Shown here piece after piece: positions 41,880 through 56,199 of a stretch of 64,000 nucleotides of DNA. Made by a program: the position numbers and the translations under genes. Positions within the stretch are counted from its first letter, which is position 1. The number at the start of each line of letters is the position of its first letter. Below the pieces are notes generated by a model. It worked only from the letters and a program-made list of their open reading frames with translations, did no database searches and was not told where the DNA came from. This stretch comes from Octopus vulgaris (Eukaryota): positions 31,558,001 through 31,622,000 of the forward strand of contig OX597825.1 of NCBI GenBank assembly GCA_951406725.2, given 5' to 3'.

Positions 41880-42340
41880 GGTATAAAAGATGGACTACAG
41901 CAAATATTCTGCTCAATACCACAGATTTGCTTGTCAGTTGTTTGACCGTAACCAGTTGAGCATGTCCCTTAGTGGCTGACGATATTGTGCATCTCTGATC
42001 ACGAGCAGAAGTAGTGGGGGAGCATCATAGCCATGTGTTGAGAGGGATTCTTTGGGGTTTGAATAATTCACCTTTGGAAACAGGGGTTTTTCATTCAACA
42101 TCCTTAAACAACCCTTATTCAGGGACCTTTTGAGTGGATGGGTTACTCAACAAGAAGAAAATTCTAACTGGGCCCCCACCTGCAAAGACATGTGCTGTTT
42201 ATCTTGATATGAGATCACCATATAGTTGTGATGCATGTGCCTGGTGTTCCCTTATCAGACAGGTAGTCATGATGGGTATACTGGACTTTGTATATTTTAC
42301 CCCAGTGTCCCTTTTAATTGCATGCACTGCTCTCTCACTC
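41880..42340. mobile_element. About 550-bp dispersed repeat, copy 3 (opposite orientation, truncated)
   Basis: Reverse complement of 8961-9430; flanked by (TAA)n on both sides. Confidence 0.85.
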
Positions 42341-45300
42341 AATAATAATAATAGTAATAATAGTAATGATAGTGCAATGGAGTTCATATGAGAGGTCATT
42401 AGTTTGTACTTGTCACCAATACGGTTTTATGTCTAATGAGAAGTCACTTCACTCTAAAATAGAATGTTTTATTTTGTTTATTATACAACATAGAACTATT
42501 TCTGTGAATTGTAGTAGTTTTTAGCTAACAGATCAACTCTGACTTATCTCACTTTTTTCAGACATAGTATGTCTAGGACTACATTATCTAATATGTCCAT
42601 TCTTTCTTAAGACATTAGGGCATAATTTAGGAAGAGGGATTTCAGTTACTCTTTCTTGTGGGTTGGATAACCAAGAAGATGCACTCTTCTAACCTCAGGA
42701 AAGAACTCCATCAAGCTGACAGGTTCCAAGCTACACAACACAAAAACATACTTCTTCAACATTATCTCAATGGCTCACATGATCAAATGACTTGCCACTT
42801 GATAAAAAAGTAAGGTTTTTTTTTTTTTTTGCTTCCCTGTCTATGAATTGCAATAAAAGGATTTCTTTGGAAAAAAAAGTACACAACCCTATCTCTCTAA
42901 AAACAACTCAAAGTATTAAAAAAAAACTGAAAGAACATGTTTTAAATGTTTTAGTCATAAGCAAACTGCAGCCTGAGGGACATTCTGAATAGCATGCCAA
43001 TGGAAAATTTCTTTGAATTATTTTAATAGTGCATCCCACTTGATGGTAAGCCATGTCTCATGCAGCCTGCTTCTTGAAAATGGTTGCAAATGCCTGTGAG
43101 AGATTATTGCAGTATTATTACAAAAAGGGTGGGCAGCTTTAAACAATTTTCATTAATGAAAATTGAAAGAGGGAAAATAATACCTGGATTTATAGACAAT
43201 ATGAAAATGTTAGAAGAGTCATTTCAGTGTTGGATAAAATATTTCATGGTAGTCGCTCCAACACTCACTGTTCTGAGTTCAAATATTGCCGAAGTTAACT
43301 CTACATCTCATTCTTTGAGGGTTGATAAAAAAAAGCTACCAATCTAGGGCAGTAGTTTGGTGGAACTGTCAGAAGATATGACACGATACAAGATGTTTCA
43401 TGACATTTGTTCAAGATCTTTGTATTTTCATGAGACTGAAGCCAGTCTCTTTTGGCTGTGAAGTGGCAGACTTTTCTTTGTACAAAATCAGTATCATAGT
43501 AAGACAAGGGATGTGTGTGTTCAGGCAAAAATTGCTACACCTCTGCAAAAAATATGTTGCCCATGCCTGGCCTGTGTAGAAAGGTACAGCCATATGATCA
43601 AATCTGACCCTGTGTATGTATTTATGTGTGAGTACATATATATGTATAATCTCTTTCACTTGTTTCACTTTCACTTTCATTGGATTATGGACATACTGGG
43701 GCACTACAAAGGCACACACAAATACATTACATGCACAAACACATGTAAATACACACAGCATGCTTCCACATAGTTTCCATCTACCAAATCCACTAACAAG
43801 GCTTTGGTTGGCCCAAGGCTATAGTAGAAGACACTGACTCAAGGTGCCATGCAGTGGAGCTGAACTTGAAAGTATGTGGTTGCAAAGAATGCTCCTTAAC
43901 CACACGGCCAGGCCTTGGAAAGTCATAGAACAGATGAGCTCAAGTGAATGAAACAAAGCTCTTTATTGATTAGTATTTAGAAACATTCCGTTGATGAGAA
44001 TATGATTTTGTAGACACAAAGATACAGACTATAGATTGTTAGTGTATAGAAATGCAGAGTTAGTAACTGCAGACAAGTTACACATAGTCTCTCTATGTTT
44101 ACAGGAGTAGAGACACAGACAGACAGACAGACAAATAGTGCAGACGCTGAGTGAATAAACAAGCTCAGTCTACAGATTTTGATAAATAAGCTAACAACAA
44201 AAAGCTGTTAATTGTTGTTTAGATAATAGCAACCTTTATAGATTGTTATTTCCTATGAGACTGTCACATCATCTACCGTGCTTATGATAGAGTTTTGGAA
44301 GTCTATAACAGATGACTAGATAGACACTAATTACAAGTTAACAAGACACAAACAGCTTGTGGATGTCACGTTAACAGAACGAACTTGCAGATATTGATTA
44401 AACAGAGATATAGTCAATTGTTGATAACTGTCTGTAGACGTATTACTCTTTTCAGATATCATTTGTACATGATATATTCTGATATCACACTCAATGTTAT
44501 TTAGAGATGATCTATTGGTTTAATCAGTTAGATGCACTGACATTGCAAAAGCTACTTGCACATCAATAACTTGAGGAAGTGTATGTTTGTGTGTGTGTGT
44601 GTGCCTTTGTGTTACTGCAACATTATGCCATACATGTGAGCAGTGCAAAGAGAGAATAGTGCTGGTCTTACAATGATTATTGTAGTGGATCTGAACATGC
44701 ACCATATGTATCATTTTGGTAATAACGTTTGTCCATATTTATTAACTAATATCTAGTTATCAATTAAATTAAATTTCATGTAAAGTGCCTCCAGTTCACT
44801 CAGCTGTAGAAACGAGTTGTGAAGTCAGTGGTGCCCAAGCTGTATCAGCTTTTACCTTTCCCTTGGATAACATCGATGGCATGGAGAGGGGAAGTTGGTA
44901 TGCATGGGTGACTGTTGGTCTTCCATAAACAACATTGTCCAGATTTGAGCCTCAGAGGGCAACTTTCGAAGTGCATTCCCATGGTCATTCATGACCAAAA
45001 GTAGCCTTTACTTTTTTTTACTTGTACAATGACAAATAATTGACAAACATGAGAAAAAACAAAATGCTTTTAGAATGGTGGAGCTCATAGGCAGCAAGCT
45101 GGCAGAAATGCTTAGCGGTATTTTATCTGCTGTTACATTCTGAGTTCAAATTCCACCGAGGTCGACTTTACTTTACATCCTTTCAGGGTCAATAAAATTA
45201 AGTACCAGTTACACACTGGGGTCAATGTAATCGACTTAATCCCTTTGCCTGTCCTTGTTCGTCTCCTCTATGTTTAGCCCATTGAGGATAATAAAGAAAT

Positions 45301-46200
45301 AAGAATGGTGAAACTCATAGTAGATAAAGCTACAAATCTGCAGATACTGGGTCAAATCCCACAAGAAGCCTTTCACTTTTTCTATCCAAAGAGTTTTTTT
45401 CATCCAGTATTGTGTATGCTATTATTCATAGCTTTATCAAGACAGTGAGCCGGCATAACTATTAACATGCCAGATGGAATGCTTAGCTGCATTTCATCCA
45501 TTTCTACATTCTGTGTTCAAATTCTACCAAAGTCATCTTTGCCTTTCGTCCTTTTGATGTCAAAAAAATAGGAAATGGCCAGGTGCAATAAGACAGGGTG
45601 TTCACAATGAGGTAAAACAACCATGAAGGAGAGAGGGAGGGAGGGTAAATGTATGAGTGAGTGAGTGTGAGTACATGATTGAGTGAGTGACAGAGAGGGA
45701 AAAGAGATGAGCAAGGGAGGATGGGAGAGAGGAATGACTGGGTGAAGACATGAGTGAGTGTGTGAGTCAACAAGTCAATCAGGCAAACAGAAAGACAAAC
45801 AGTGCGGAGAACAAAAGGGATGCAGTCCTATAGGAAGACTAAAACAGAGAATGTCTAGATGCCAGAAGAGAGAAATATAACAGAAACACTGACAATTGAT
45901 CAACTGTTGATTATTATATTAATGTGAGAATGATTTTCTTAACAGATATACATGAAAATTTTGGACAGAAGATGATTTGAAAAGCATATGTGAGTGTGGC
46001 AACAAAGCATCATTTTGTAGAAAGTATTAAAGAAATAAAAAAACAAGAAAAACATTATGTACATATATATATATATACATATAGAGAGAGAGCTGATATT
46101 TTATTTCAATTATATTTTACAACCATATATTTTCTTTGAAAGACCAAACAGATAGCATCTGTAGAGGTAAAATTATTGTTTTCATATATTGCACACACAC

Positions 46201-46245
<45 letters not shown>

Positions 46246-46416
46246 TTTATATATATGTACATATATACATACATATTTGTATATACACATATATACACAT
46301 ACATATATATACACATATATATATATACATACAGAGAGAGAGAGAGAGAGAGAGAGACAGTGAAAGAGAGCAAAAGATAGAGCGCAAGAAAGAAATGCAT
46401 ATATACATTTATATAT

Positions 46417-46452
<36 letters not shown>

Positions 46453-47091
46453 GGGTAAGTACATAGAAATAGAGAATCATGTATATGTACAATATACATA
46501 TATACATATATGGATGTGTGTGTACACACACAAACATATATATGTATACATGCACACCAGCATATCTATGCATGTATACAGACATTTATGCACATATGTA
46601 TTACAATCGATACAGAATGAACAGGACCGTCAAAAGTCCATTACTGACAGTTTCATCATTCCGAGTCTTTAAACAGGTTACACATGGTTCTAGTTATGTT
46701 ACCATTTTAAAAATAGAGGAATTTTAAATCAAGAACACATGGAAAATAACTTCCATGGAAGGTAACTTCAGATTTTTCTAAAGTTCCCTTCTATGTGGTT
46801 TATAAAAATATAATTAGCAATATTAGGGAATATTATAGTGGAGAAAAGTTCAGAGGTTACTTCTCGTGAAGGTTCATGTTTCTGTGCATGGCTTAAGATT
46901 TCAGTATTTTTAAAAAAAATATGGTCACAAGAATAGAATCATGCATATCTCATCTGAAGAATATCAAAAGTGAAACTGTCAGCAGTGGATTCTTAACAAG
47001 AGCATTTACATTGTATTAATACACATATTCATTCTATGCTAGTAATGTGTAGGCTCTGGGTTTTTCTGTCAGCACACACAATTATCATGGT

Positions 47092-47128
<37 letters not shown>

Positions 47129-47251
47129 TTACATATATATATATAAATACATACATACATACATATGTATACATATATGCATACATATACATATGCATAT
47201 ATACATATAAGCATACATACATATATGCATACAAATACATATAATACATAA

Positions 47252-47286
<35 letters not shown>

Positions 47287-47949
47287 CATACATATATATA
47301 CATATGTATGTATTATATGTTTATATACATCTATGTATGTATATGTATACACACACATATATACATATAAAATTTATATATATATATGTATGTAAATATT
47401 ATATATGTACCTATTATATACACACCTGTATGTAGGTAAATATTATATATACATATATAAGATTTATGTATATGCCTACATAGTACACACATGTACACCT
47501 TATTCTACAATCAACTGATATTATTAGAGTTACCTCCCTTGTAAGTAGCTTGCTTACGAACCACATGGTTTCAAGTTCAGTCCCACTGCATGGCACCTTG
47601 GGCAAGTGTCTTCTACTATAGCCTCAGGCCGACCAAAGCCTTGTGAGTGGATTTGGTAGACGGAAACTGAAAGAAGCTCGTCATATATGTGTATGTATAT
47701 ATATATATGTATGTGTGTGTATATGTTTGTGTGTCTATGTTTGTCCTCCTCAACATTGCTTGACAACCAATGCTGGTGTGTTTATGTTCACGTAATTTAG
47801 CGGTTCGGCAAAAGGGAATGATAGAATAAGTACTAGGCTTACAAAGAATAAGTCCTGGGGTCGATTTGCTCGACTAAAGGCGGTGCTCCAGCATGGCCAC
47901 AGTCACATGACTGAAACAAGTAAAAGAGTAAGAGAGAGAGTAAGAGTAG

Positions 47950-48250
47950 GGCATCAGGTGTAATACTAGCAAATTTCAGTTTCGAAGGATGTAGCGTGTC
48001 CTGAGAGCTAACAACTGATGTGTATAGTTTATTCCATGCTTCAGCAATTCTGAATGTGCAAAAAATGTTATGGGTGTTGTGTTGTTTTCTGATGTTGTAA
48101 GCGTTTGGATGGGTGTTAGAGATATGGCATTCAAAGAGGCCTAATACAACTAAAACAATACCATTGCCTTCACCAGTTGATGTCTGAGAGTAGCATTGTC
48201 CATATTCCAAAATTTGCAGTCAGCAAATTTTTCTAGAGTTGTGTTTCTTG
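47950..48250 (-). mobile_element. CR1/L2-like LINE 3' fragment
   Basis: NIFCTFRIAEAWNKL..SVV resembles the FFs.RV...WN.LP..VV C-terminal motif. Confidence 0.6.
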
Positions 48251-48490
48251 TTCTGTGTTTTTTTTTTTTTAGATATATATATATTTTACCTACTTTAAAA
48301 CACTCTAAATCGGGAGTTTTGTGTGGTAACTGCTGAATAAGCTCAGTTGATTGTAGTCTTTTACATCACTATGGTACATGTGTGATCCACTATGTACATA
48401 CATTCACACACACACATGTATGTATGTATATGTAAATGCATACATACAATACACAACACATGCATATAAATATATATATATGTATATGTA

Positions 48491-48545
<55 letters not shown>

Positions 48546-48601
48546 AAGTATATACAAATATATATAAGTTTGTCACATACACACATACACACATACACAC
48601 A

Positions 48602-48662
<61 letters not shown>

Positions 48663-49634
48663 TGTCTACATATATGAAATATATTTAAAGTTTATATCAC
48701 AATCACGTTTACGCAGAAGGGTCCAAGTTGATTGTTGTGAAAAAATTTTGTCAGTGTCTGGCTCACAGGGAAAACTTTTGGATTTCATGATTTCTTCAAA
48801 TATTCAGGAATAAAAAAAAAAAAGCAAAAACAAAAGGATGGGATAATTGGGATGGCAGGATAGGAATTAAGGGGGAAAAAAATTTACTATAATTACTATA
48901 ACTATTTTTGGTGTTGTTGTTGCTACAACACATGTTCAATTCTTAGTTAAGCCAGTGGCTTGCACTGTAGCCAAATTGGTCAATTCCTTCCTTAAACGAA
49001 ACACATCTTTGGCCACAGTGAATCCACATACCATATTTTGCAGCAAACCAGTTTACATAGCATAATAGTGTAAACATGCAGGGTAGACATTCCGACACCA
49101 ACACTAGTTCACAAGGAATCTTTGGTCCTCCTAAGTTGTCAACCTTTCTGTTTTTGTATGTAAATTTAGGTCTGAAAAGTTCAACTTGTAAGTGGGAAAA
49201 TATGGTATACAAAAAGTGACCATCCATTGCAGTCCACACATCCTATGCTATGCAACTGGGTCAAATGAAACTGAGCCATTTCTCTCTCCTCAGTTATTCC
49301 AGATTTAAATGACCACCAACCAAAAGATTAATGACTTTTGTTTTGTAGTTGTTGCTGCTTGTATCCAAGACCATGACACTGTACACTCCAGGCCAAGTTC
49401 CACCTAGCCCTAAGTAGGTACGACTTGCTCGTACCTAAGTCATCACTGTGAACAGCTGCAACACTCCTGTGGGAGAAGTCACCTGCAACAGAGCAGTGTC
49501 CTATCCAGGAAGAGTTTTGTTTCTCATCTTTTTTTGTTTACTGTTTCAGACACTAGAGATAAAGATTGGCACCAGTGATGCTTCTGAATTATTAGAATAG
49601 TAGTGGCTTTAGTGCACATATATATATATGTATA

Positions 49635-49684
<50 letters not shown>

Positions 49685-49765
49685 TACTATATATACATAC
49701 GTATATACATACATATATACATATATATACATACATATATACATATATATACATATATACAGATT

Positions 49766-49819
<54 letters not shown>

Positions 49820-49875
49820 CATATATACATATACATATATATATATACATACATATATATACATATATATACATT

Positions 49876-49916
<41 letters not shown>

Positions 49917-49983
49917 GCATATATTTAGTTTTGGGATTTGGTTTGCAAGATTCTTTATATGAGTTTGTGAGTTGAAGCATATT

Positions 49984-50278
49984 CTGTTGTGTCTGGGGAG
50001 AGTCATTTTCTTTTTGTGCCTTATAATGTAACACACTCACTGGTAAAATTTCCATTTTTTTCCTTATTTTTGTTTTCCTAAAATTTTCATTGCATCTTGT
50101 AACCTTTTCAATAGTCTTGACTCTCTGAGAGTCAAGACTATTGAAAAGGTATTGAAAACGTTGCAAGACGCAATAAAAATTTTAGGAAAATAAAAATAAG
50201 AAAAAAGTGGAAATTTTATCGGTGAGTATGTTACATTATAAGGCACAAAAAGAAAATGACTCTCCCCAGACACAATAG
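49984..50278. repeat. About 295-bp near-perfect palindrome inside (TA)n
   Basis: Arms pair along their whole length around ctctc-t-gagag at 50126. Confidence 0.9.
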
Positions 50279-50389
50279 TATACACATATATATATAAATC
50301 TATATACATATATATACACATATATATACACATATATATACATATATATACATATATATACATATATATATATATATATACATATATAT

Positions 50390-50444
<55 letters not shown>

Positions 50445-52544
50445 TATATTATATTATATTATATTATATAGACATATTTTACCAGATCTTCTTGGTCTGG
50501 TTGCTTGATACACCCACCTACGTAATTTGTTTCTTTGAATCTTCACAGTAACAAACATTACACATTTCACATGAAGCATAAAAGAAATGGAGGTAAGTTT
50601 AGCTGTTCAGCCCCAGGTCAGAGCTTATAAAGCAGACCTCTCGGATGACCGAAGGCATTCCAACCATGACACTCTCATTTTCTTTATATCCAGGACTACA
50701 TTACACATTGGGTCTGCCCATCAAAACAGCAGAGTATAATTTGAGGTAGATTTGGTTGCTATTTCTAACAGGTTGAAAAGCCCAGTAGAGACTCTCTCTC
50801 TCTCCCTCCCTCCCTCCTCCTCTCTCTCTCTGCTGGGCTCAGTATGATTGACCAAAACCCCTTCAAAAAAGTGCCCCAGCATGACCACAGTCTAATGACC
50901 AGTCTGTAATAAATAAAAGAGTAAGTCACAATACTCTTCACAATTTGAATGTATCAATCAAACATGATTACTAATAGGGATGCTGAAGGGTTGAACATGA
51001 GTCAACACTCAGCATGCTACTCAGTTCATATCACATGAGCCAGGGGAAGAGTCTTGAAGCAGGTACTCAGCCAGCTAAAAACAGCAGCCAAATTTCCCTA
51101 AAATCACACCCAACTTCTAAAAAAAGTTAAATAAAATACAAAACATTGAATAATAGAATCCTGGATACACTGTTCATGAAAACAACATGGGGTGGTCATG
51201 GCTAGACTGTCTTTTGATCATAGATCTGTCTGTTCAGTCAGGGCTCACCTAGGAATTAAAATAATCACTCATATAAAAAATAATTAGTGAAAAACAAATA
51301 TCAAAAAAATTGTTTACATAAAATTAATTAACACAATAATCAACATTAGAACACATTTAGAATTGTTTAAGATATTAAATATAATTGTTTTTTAATTAAT
51401 ATATAAGACTCTTTGGCAAGGATTAAACGATAATTAAAAGATATTGCTTCAACGTTTGTTATTTAAATGTGTTCTTTGACAAAGGAAACATGGCAATTAA
51501 AACAATGAAAAATTAATGGGACGTGGGGTGGAGATGAAAGAGTTGGCAATTAATTACTCAGCAATGAAGACAAAATTAATTAGTTATCTGAGTACTCAGT
51601 AAAGGGAATACTCAAGAAGGAAAAACAAAATGAGGAGAAAAAAAAAATCATTTGAAGACTCAGTATGATAATGTTGAACCTCAACATTTTCATAGCACAC
51701 TAAAAAGTCAAAATACACACACACACACACACACACACATACACACACACAAACTTGGCTCAATCTCACACATACACATACATGTTCATACAGATAAACA
51801 CACTTCTACATACACAGGCACAGGTACAAACACTATAATTCATTCACATATACATACATACATACATAAATACATACATAAATACATACATACATACATA
51901 CAGACAGACAGACAGACAGACATACATAAATACATACATACATACATACATATATGCATACATGCATGCATACATACATACATACATACGTACACACACA
52001 CATACATACATACATACATACATACATACATACATACATACATGCATGCATATATATGTACACATATGCATTGAAATAAAAATGAAATTATTGCACCAGG
52101 TTTTATCATTATTGCTTATATTTTCAAAATTAAAATTGCAAAAGGAAAAAATAAGAGAAAGGTTCATATATTCTTGCTTTTGTTGTTGTTGTTGCTGTTG
52201 TTGTTTAGCTTTGAGTGTGTGCAAAAAAGTATATATATAAATGTTAGTGGTGGCACGGTATAGGAGTGTGTGAGAGTGTGTATAGGTGGAATGTACAAGT
52301 GAAAGTGTATATGTCTGATTGTATATATGTAGGATTTGGTGTACATGTGTGCGAGGGTATGCGTGTGCATTTTTCATGAAAGTGTAAATGGTTAAAATGT
52401 TTACACCACAATCACAAGATCTCAGGTTCAATCCTAATACATGGCATTTTAGGCAAGTGTCTTTTACCAGATATAAAACTGACTAATTTTATTCTTGAAT
52501 TACTTTAAGCATCAGGAGAGGCAGAATTGGCTACATACCTTTAA

Positions 52545-52766
52545 CTCTTTTGTTACCAATCCACATGAAACCGCCTCTGGTTTTGTAGTAGAAATGTCAT
52601 GTTTTCAAAAGTTCTGAATTAAACTTTTCCAGCAAACCTTAGTCACAATTTATATTCCTAACACTAGCTTAATGATAACTAAGTTATTTTACTAAATTCT
52701 TTGTTATATTTAAAATTAATTGAAAGAAACTGAGAGCATCTCAACAGAAATATGGTAACAAAAGGG
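52545..52766. mobile_element. piggyBac-type MITE (222 bp)
   Basis: TTAA|ctcttttgttacca ... tggtaacaaaaggg|TTAT: short TIRs with a degenerate TTAA target duplication. Confidence 0.7.
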
Positions 52767-54359
52767 TTATGGTCTGAGCACAAATCTTAACTAGAATCTT
52801 CTTTGCTTTTCATTGCTCTGAGGTGGTTGAAATAAATATTGGGGTTTATACCCCAGAATGGCACCAGTGCAGTGATTGGAACCAGTATGAAAATAACGTC
52901 CATGTTTCAGATATTTATCACTGACGTCTAGAGCAGAAAAGAGATGAGAGACAAAGCTTCTCTGGCATAGACTTGTCACAGCTATCTTTTATATGTCAAT
53001 ACCTAAATTATTTAGGGTACTTTTTTACATTGAAGTATCCACATTCTTTACACCTAGCATCTAAATTGGAAGCTGGATCAAATCTTGTCAGGGTCAGCCT
53101 TATGTTCTGTTCCTCCAGATCCCATAAGGAAAAAACTTATATCAAGGCATGGACCTAAAGTTAAGAAGCTCACTTGTGAACAATATGGTTTGGATTCAGT
53201 TCAACTGTGTGACATCTTAAGCAAATGTCTTTTAATATAACCCCAGGCTGAATATATGTATATATATATATATATATGCATGCAGAGATCTATCATATGT
53301 GTGTGTGTGGAGATGTGTGTGTGTATGTGTGTGAGTATGTGTGTGAATATATGTTTATATGTATATATATTAATATATACATGTGTGTGTGAGTGTACGT
53401 GCACCTTTTTGTTTGTATTTGTTACCCCACCACTTGAAAAACAGTGTTGGTTTGTTTATGTCCCTGTAACTCAGCAGTTTCGCAAAATAAAAAAAAATGA
53501 TTGAAAAAGTGCCAGGCTTAAAAAGAATAAGTACCAGGATTGACCAGTTTGATTAACCCAAAAAAGGCAGTGCTCCAGCATGGCTGCAGTCCAATGACTG
53601 AAGCAAGTAAAGGAATATAAGAGTAATACACAAAGGTTGACTAAATTGACTCAAAATAAAAACACCACCCCCACCACCACCACCACACCACACTCACCAG
53701 AAATATTTAAAAGTAAATATCAAACATTCATTATGATGAGTCACAAAGAAAGAAAAAAAAAGAAAAAAATAGCATCAAGATATTTTATAAAAACATCTCA
53801 GTTTGATTAAAATGTTCCATGTGCAACCAGATTTCTTTAGCAGGCTTTTAGAGAAATCTTGGTTTTGCAAAGACAGTGCCAGAAATTAGTCCTGCTCATC
53901 TTTGTCCAAAACTGTAATCCAAAACGGAAAACAGCATTTGTATTAAAGTAACACTGGGAATTCGACAAAAGATTTATTAAATTGAAGTTTTGATTCTGCG
54001 TTTGGAATGAAAAATTCTAGTCTGTCATCAAGCGATGAGACTGGAACTTTTCCAAGTTTCTGATACATTGAGATTGAGAGTAAAAGACACCCCACAGAGC
54101 CAGAGATGCTTTAGCAGCATCAGGCCCTCAGGCAAATCAATGCAGCAGGCCTCTTGAGTATTTCTTGACAAGCTATAACATGCATAGATAATTAACTGGG
54201 GTCCCAGTCAGCCAGTGCACTGAGAACACCAGACTAGCATTGGGTTAATCTATATTTGTCACTATTGGTACTTATTTTCAGTTGAATGAGACAGGAGCAA
54301 TGTGAAGTAAATAACTCTGCTCAAGGACACAATGTTACCTGGTCTAAAAACCAAATCCA

Positions 54360-54597
54360 CCACTTAACAATCATCACTCAACAATCATCACTTAACAATC
54401 ATCATTCAATGAACATCACTCAACAGTCATCACTCAACAATCATCACTTAATCATCACTCAACAATCATCACTCAACAAACATCACTCAACAATCATCAC
54501 TCAATGAACATCACTCAACAGTCATCACTCAACAATCATCACTTAACAATCATAACTCAATAAACATCACTCAACAATCATCACTCAACAATCAGCA
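54360..54597. repeat. About 14-bp minisatellite (aacaatcatcactc)
   Basis: Imperfect tandem repeats expanded inside a decayed SINE. Confidence 0.9.
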
Positions 54598-55591
54598 ACC
54601 CAACATCCTAAACACAAGGTTACACACCTTCGCCATGTCTTGAACTGGATTTATCATTTAAAAAAAGAAAATGTAATGGTTTCAATGCTCCAACAGCCTT
54701 CTCATCACCAAGGTTGCCCCAGTACAAGATATCCAACTGCTGTTGTAAAGGCTTGAACTGAGAGCACAGAAAATAGAAGGCGTTTTAACCATTTAACCAT
54801 TACATCACTCAATATGTTTATATTCATACTCAAAATACAAACAGACATAAATATACACATGCAAATATTCTCACACATGCATACATAAAAAAGAAAGGGA
54901 TCAAAGGTCCCTCCCAAGCCTTAAGGTTGCAAAGTTCGTTTCTTCAATTCTGTGGTGTATATATTAACCTCCTGGATGGAACGCTGGTCCTTCACAGTAT
55001 TACTTACTTTTCCCAGCTGAGTGGAGTGAAGTAATGTGAAACAAAGCGCTTTACTCAAGAACACAATGCACTGCCCAGTCCAGGAATCGAAACCACAATC
55101 TTACTATCATGAGTACAACACCTCTAACCAGTAAGCCGTACATCTCCACACACACACACAAACACACACATACACACATATATATATTGCTCAGCGAAAA
55201 GCTGCTTTGTTGTTGATTTCATTTCTTCCGTCAACGGACCATCCACTAGCTTTGCACCTTCAAAGGTGGGTGAAACACAAAATCCTAACATGTCAAACAA
55301 TTAAGGGTTAGTGACAGGAAGAGCATCCAGCTGTAAGACAATGTCTGAATCATATATTTATCTAACCCATGCTCACATGGAAAAGCAGACATAAAAACAA
55401 ATGAACACAGAGTGACATAAAGGTACATAAACATACAAAAATATATACAGACATAAACATATATATATATATAAAGACACATACTTATTTGTATTCACTC
55501 ACACACACATAACTGCATATAATCATGAATAATTACACACACAGATATATATACATATAACATGGGTATATACATACACATATAGATATAG

Positions 55592-55628
<37 letters not shown>

Positions 55629-55726
55629 TTCAAAGTTGTCCCAGATGTTGTCAAGAAATAAACCAAATAGAAATGTTGTCCAAATTAGAAATTACAAAAT
55701 GAAAACAAGAATCACAGCGTTGGTTG

Positions 55727-55884
55727 TTAGAGGAAATCTTGCAAGGATTCCAAGTAAGTGTTGACTGAGGGAAGAATCTGCCAGAAGTCAGTTAGGATTG
55801 AAACTGCAGTCTTGTCTGTCATGCATTTAAGCTTCAGCAGCAGATGGTGATGAGGGGGTAAAAATATTGCACAGTGAACCATCT
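55727..55884 (-). CDS. AP5B1: AP-5 complex subunit beta-1, last coding exon: (E)MVHCAIFLPPHHHLLLKLKCMTDKTAVSILTDFWQILPSVNTYLESLQDFL*
   Basis: Polypyrimidine tract plus tttgcag acceptor, phase 1, open to TAA. Matches the recalled human AP5B1 C-terminus (VAIHLPPDSKLLLRL...VALRTDDWAVLP..GDYL). Confidence 0.9.
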
Positions 55885-56120
55885 CTGCAAATGGTAAAAA
55901 AGAAACAAAAACTTATATGTGTATATATATACATGAGGGAATATTATTCCAAACTTATGGGGAAAAATTCAATTTAGAAATACTAAATCAAATTTCACAA
56001 AATATAATATATATATATAAATTAGAAAAAAAAACACCTTTTATCAATTCAATACTGAAAAATTACATATTATAGAAAGTTTAAATATAAGATAAAACAT
56101 ATAACGATGATTAAGTAATG

Positions 56121-56157
<37 letters not shown>

Positions 56158-56199
56158 CACACACACACACATACATACACACATACGCACATATAAATA

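Noticed and set aside
43980-44530. Region rich in tagac/cagat/taac words and short palindromes
   Set aside because: Could not define a repeat unit or boundaries by eye; probably an old decayed repeat.
48943-49239. 98-aa Cys-containing ORF
   Set aside because: Non-ATG start, no recognisable family and no clear splice context.
54716-54760. Possible extra AP5B1 exon (good acceptor)
   Set aside because: It lies downstream of the AP5B1 stop codon, has a weak donor and shows no homology.
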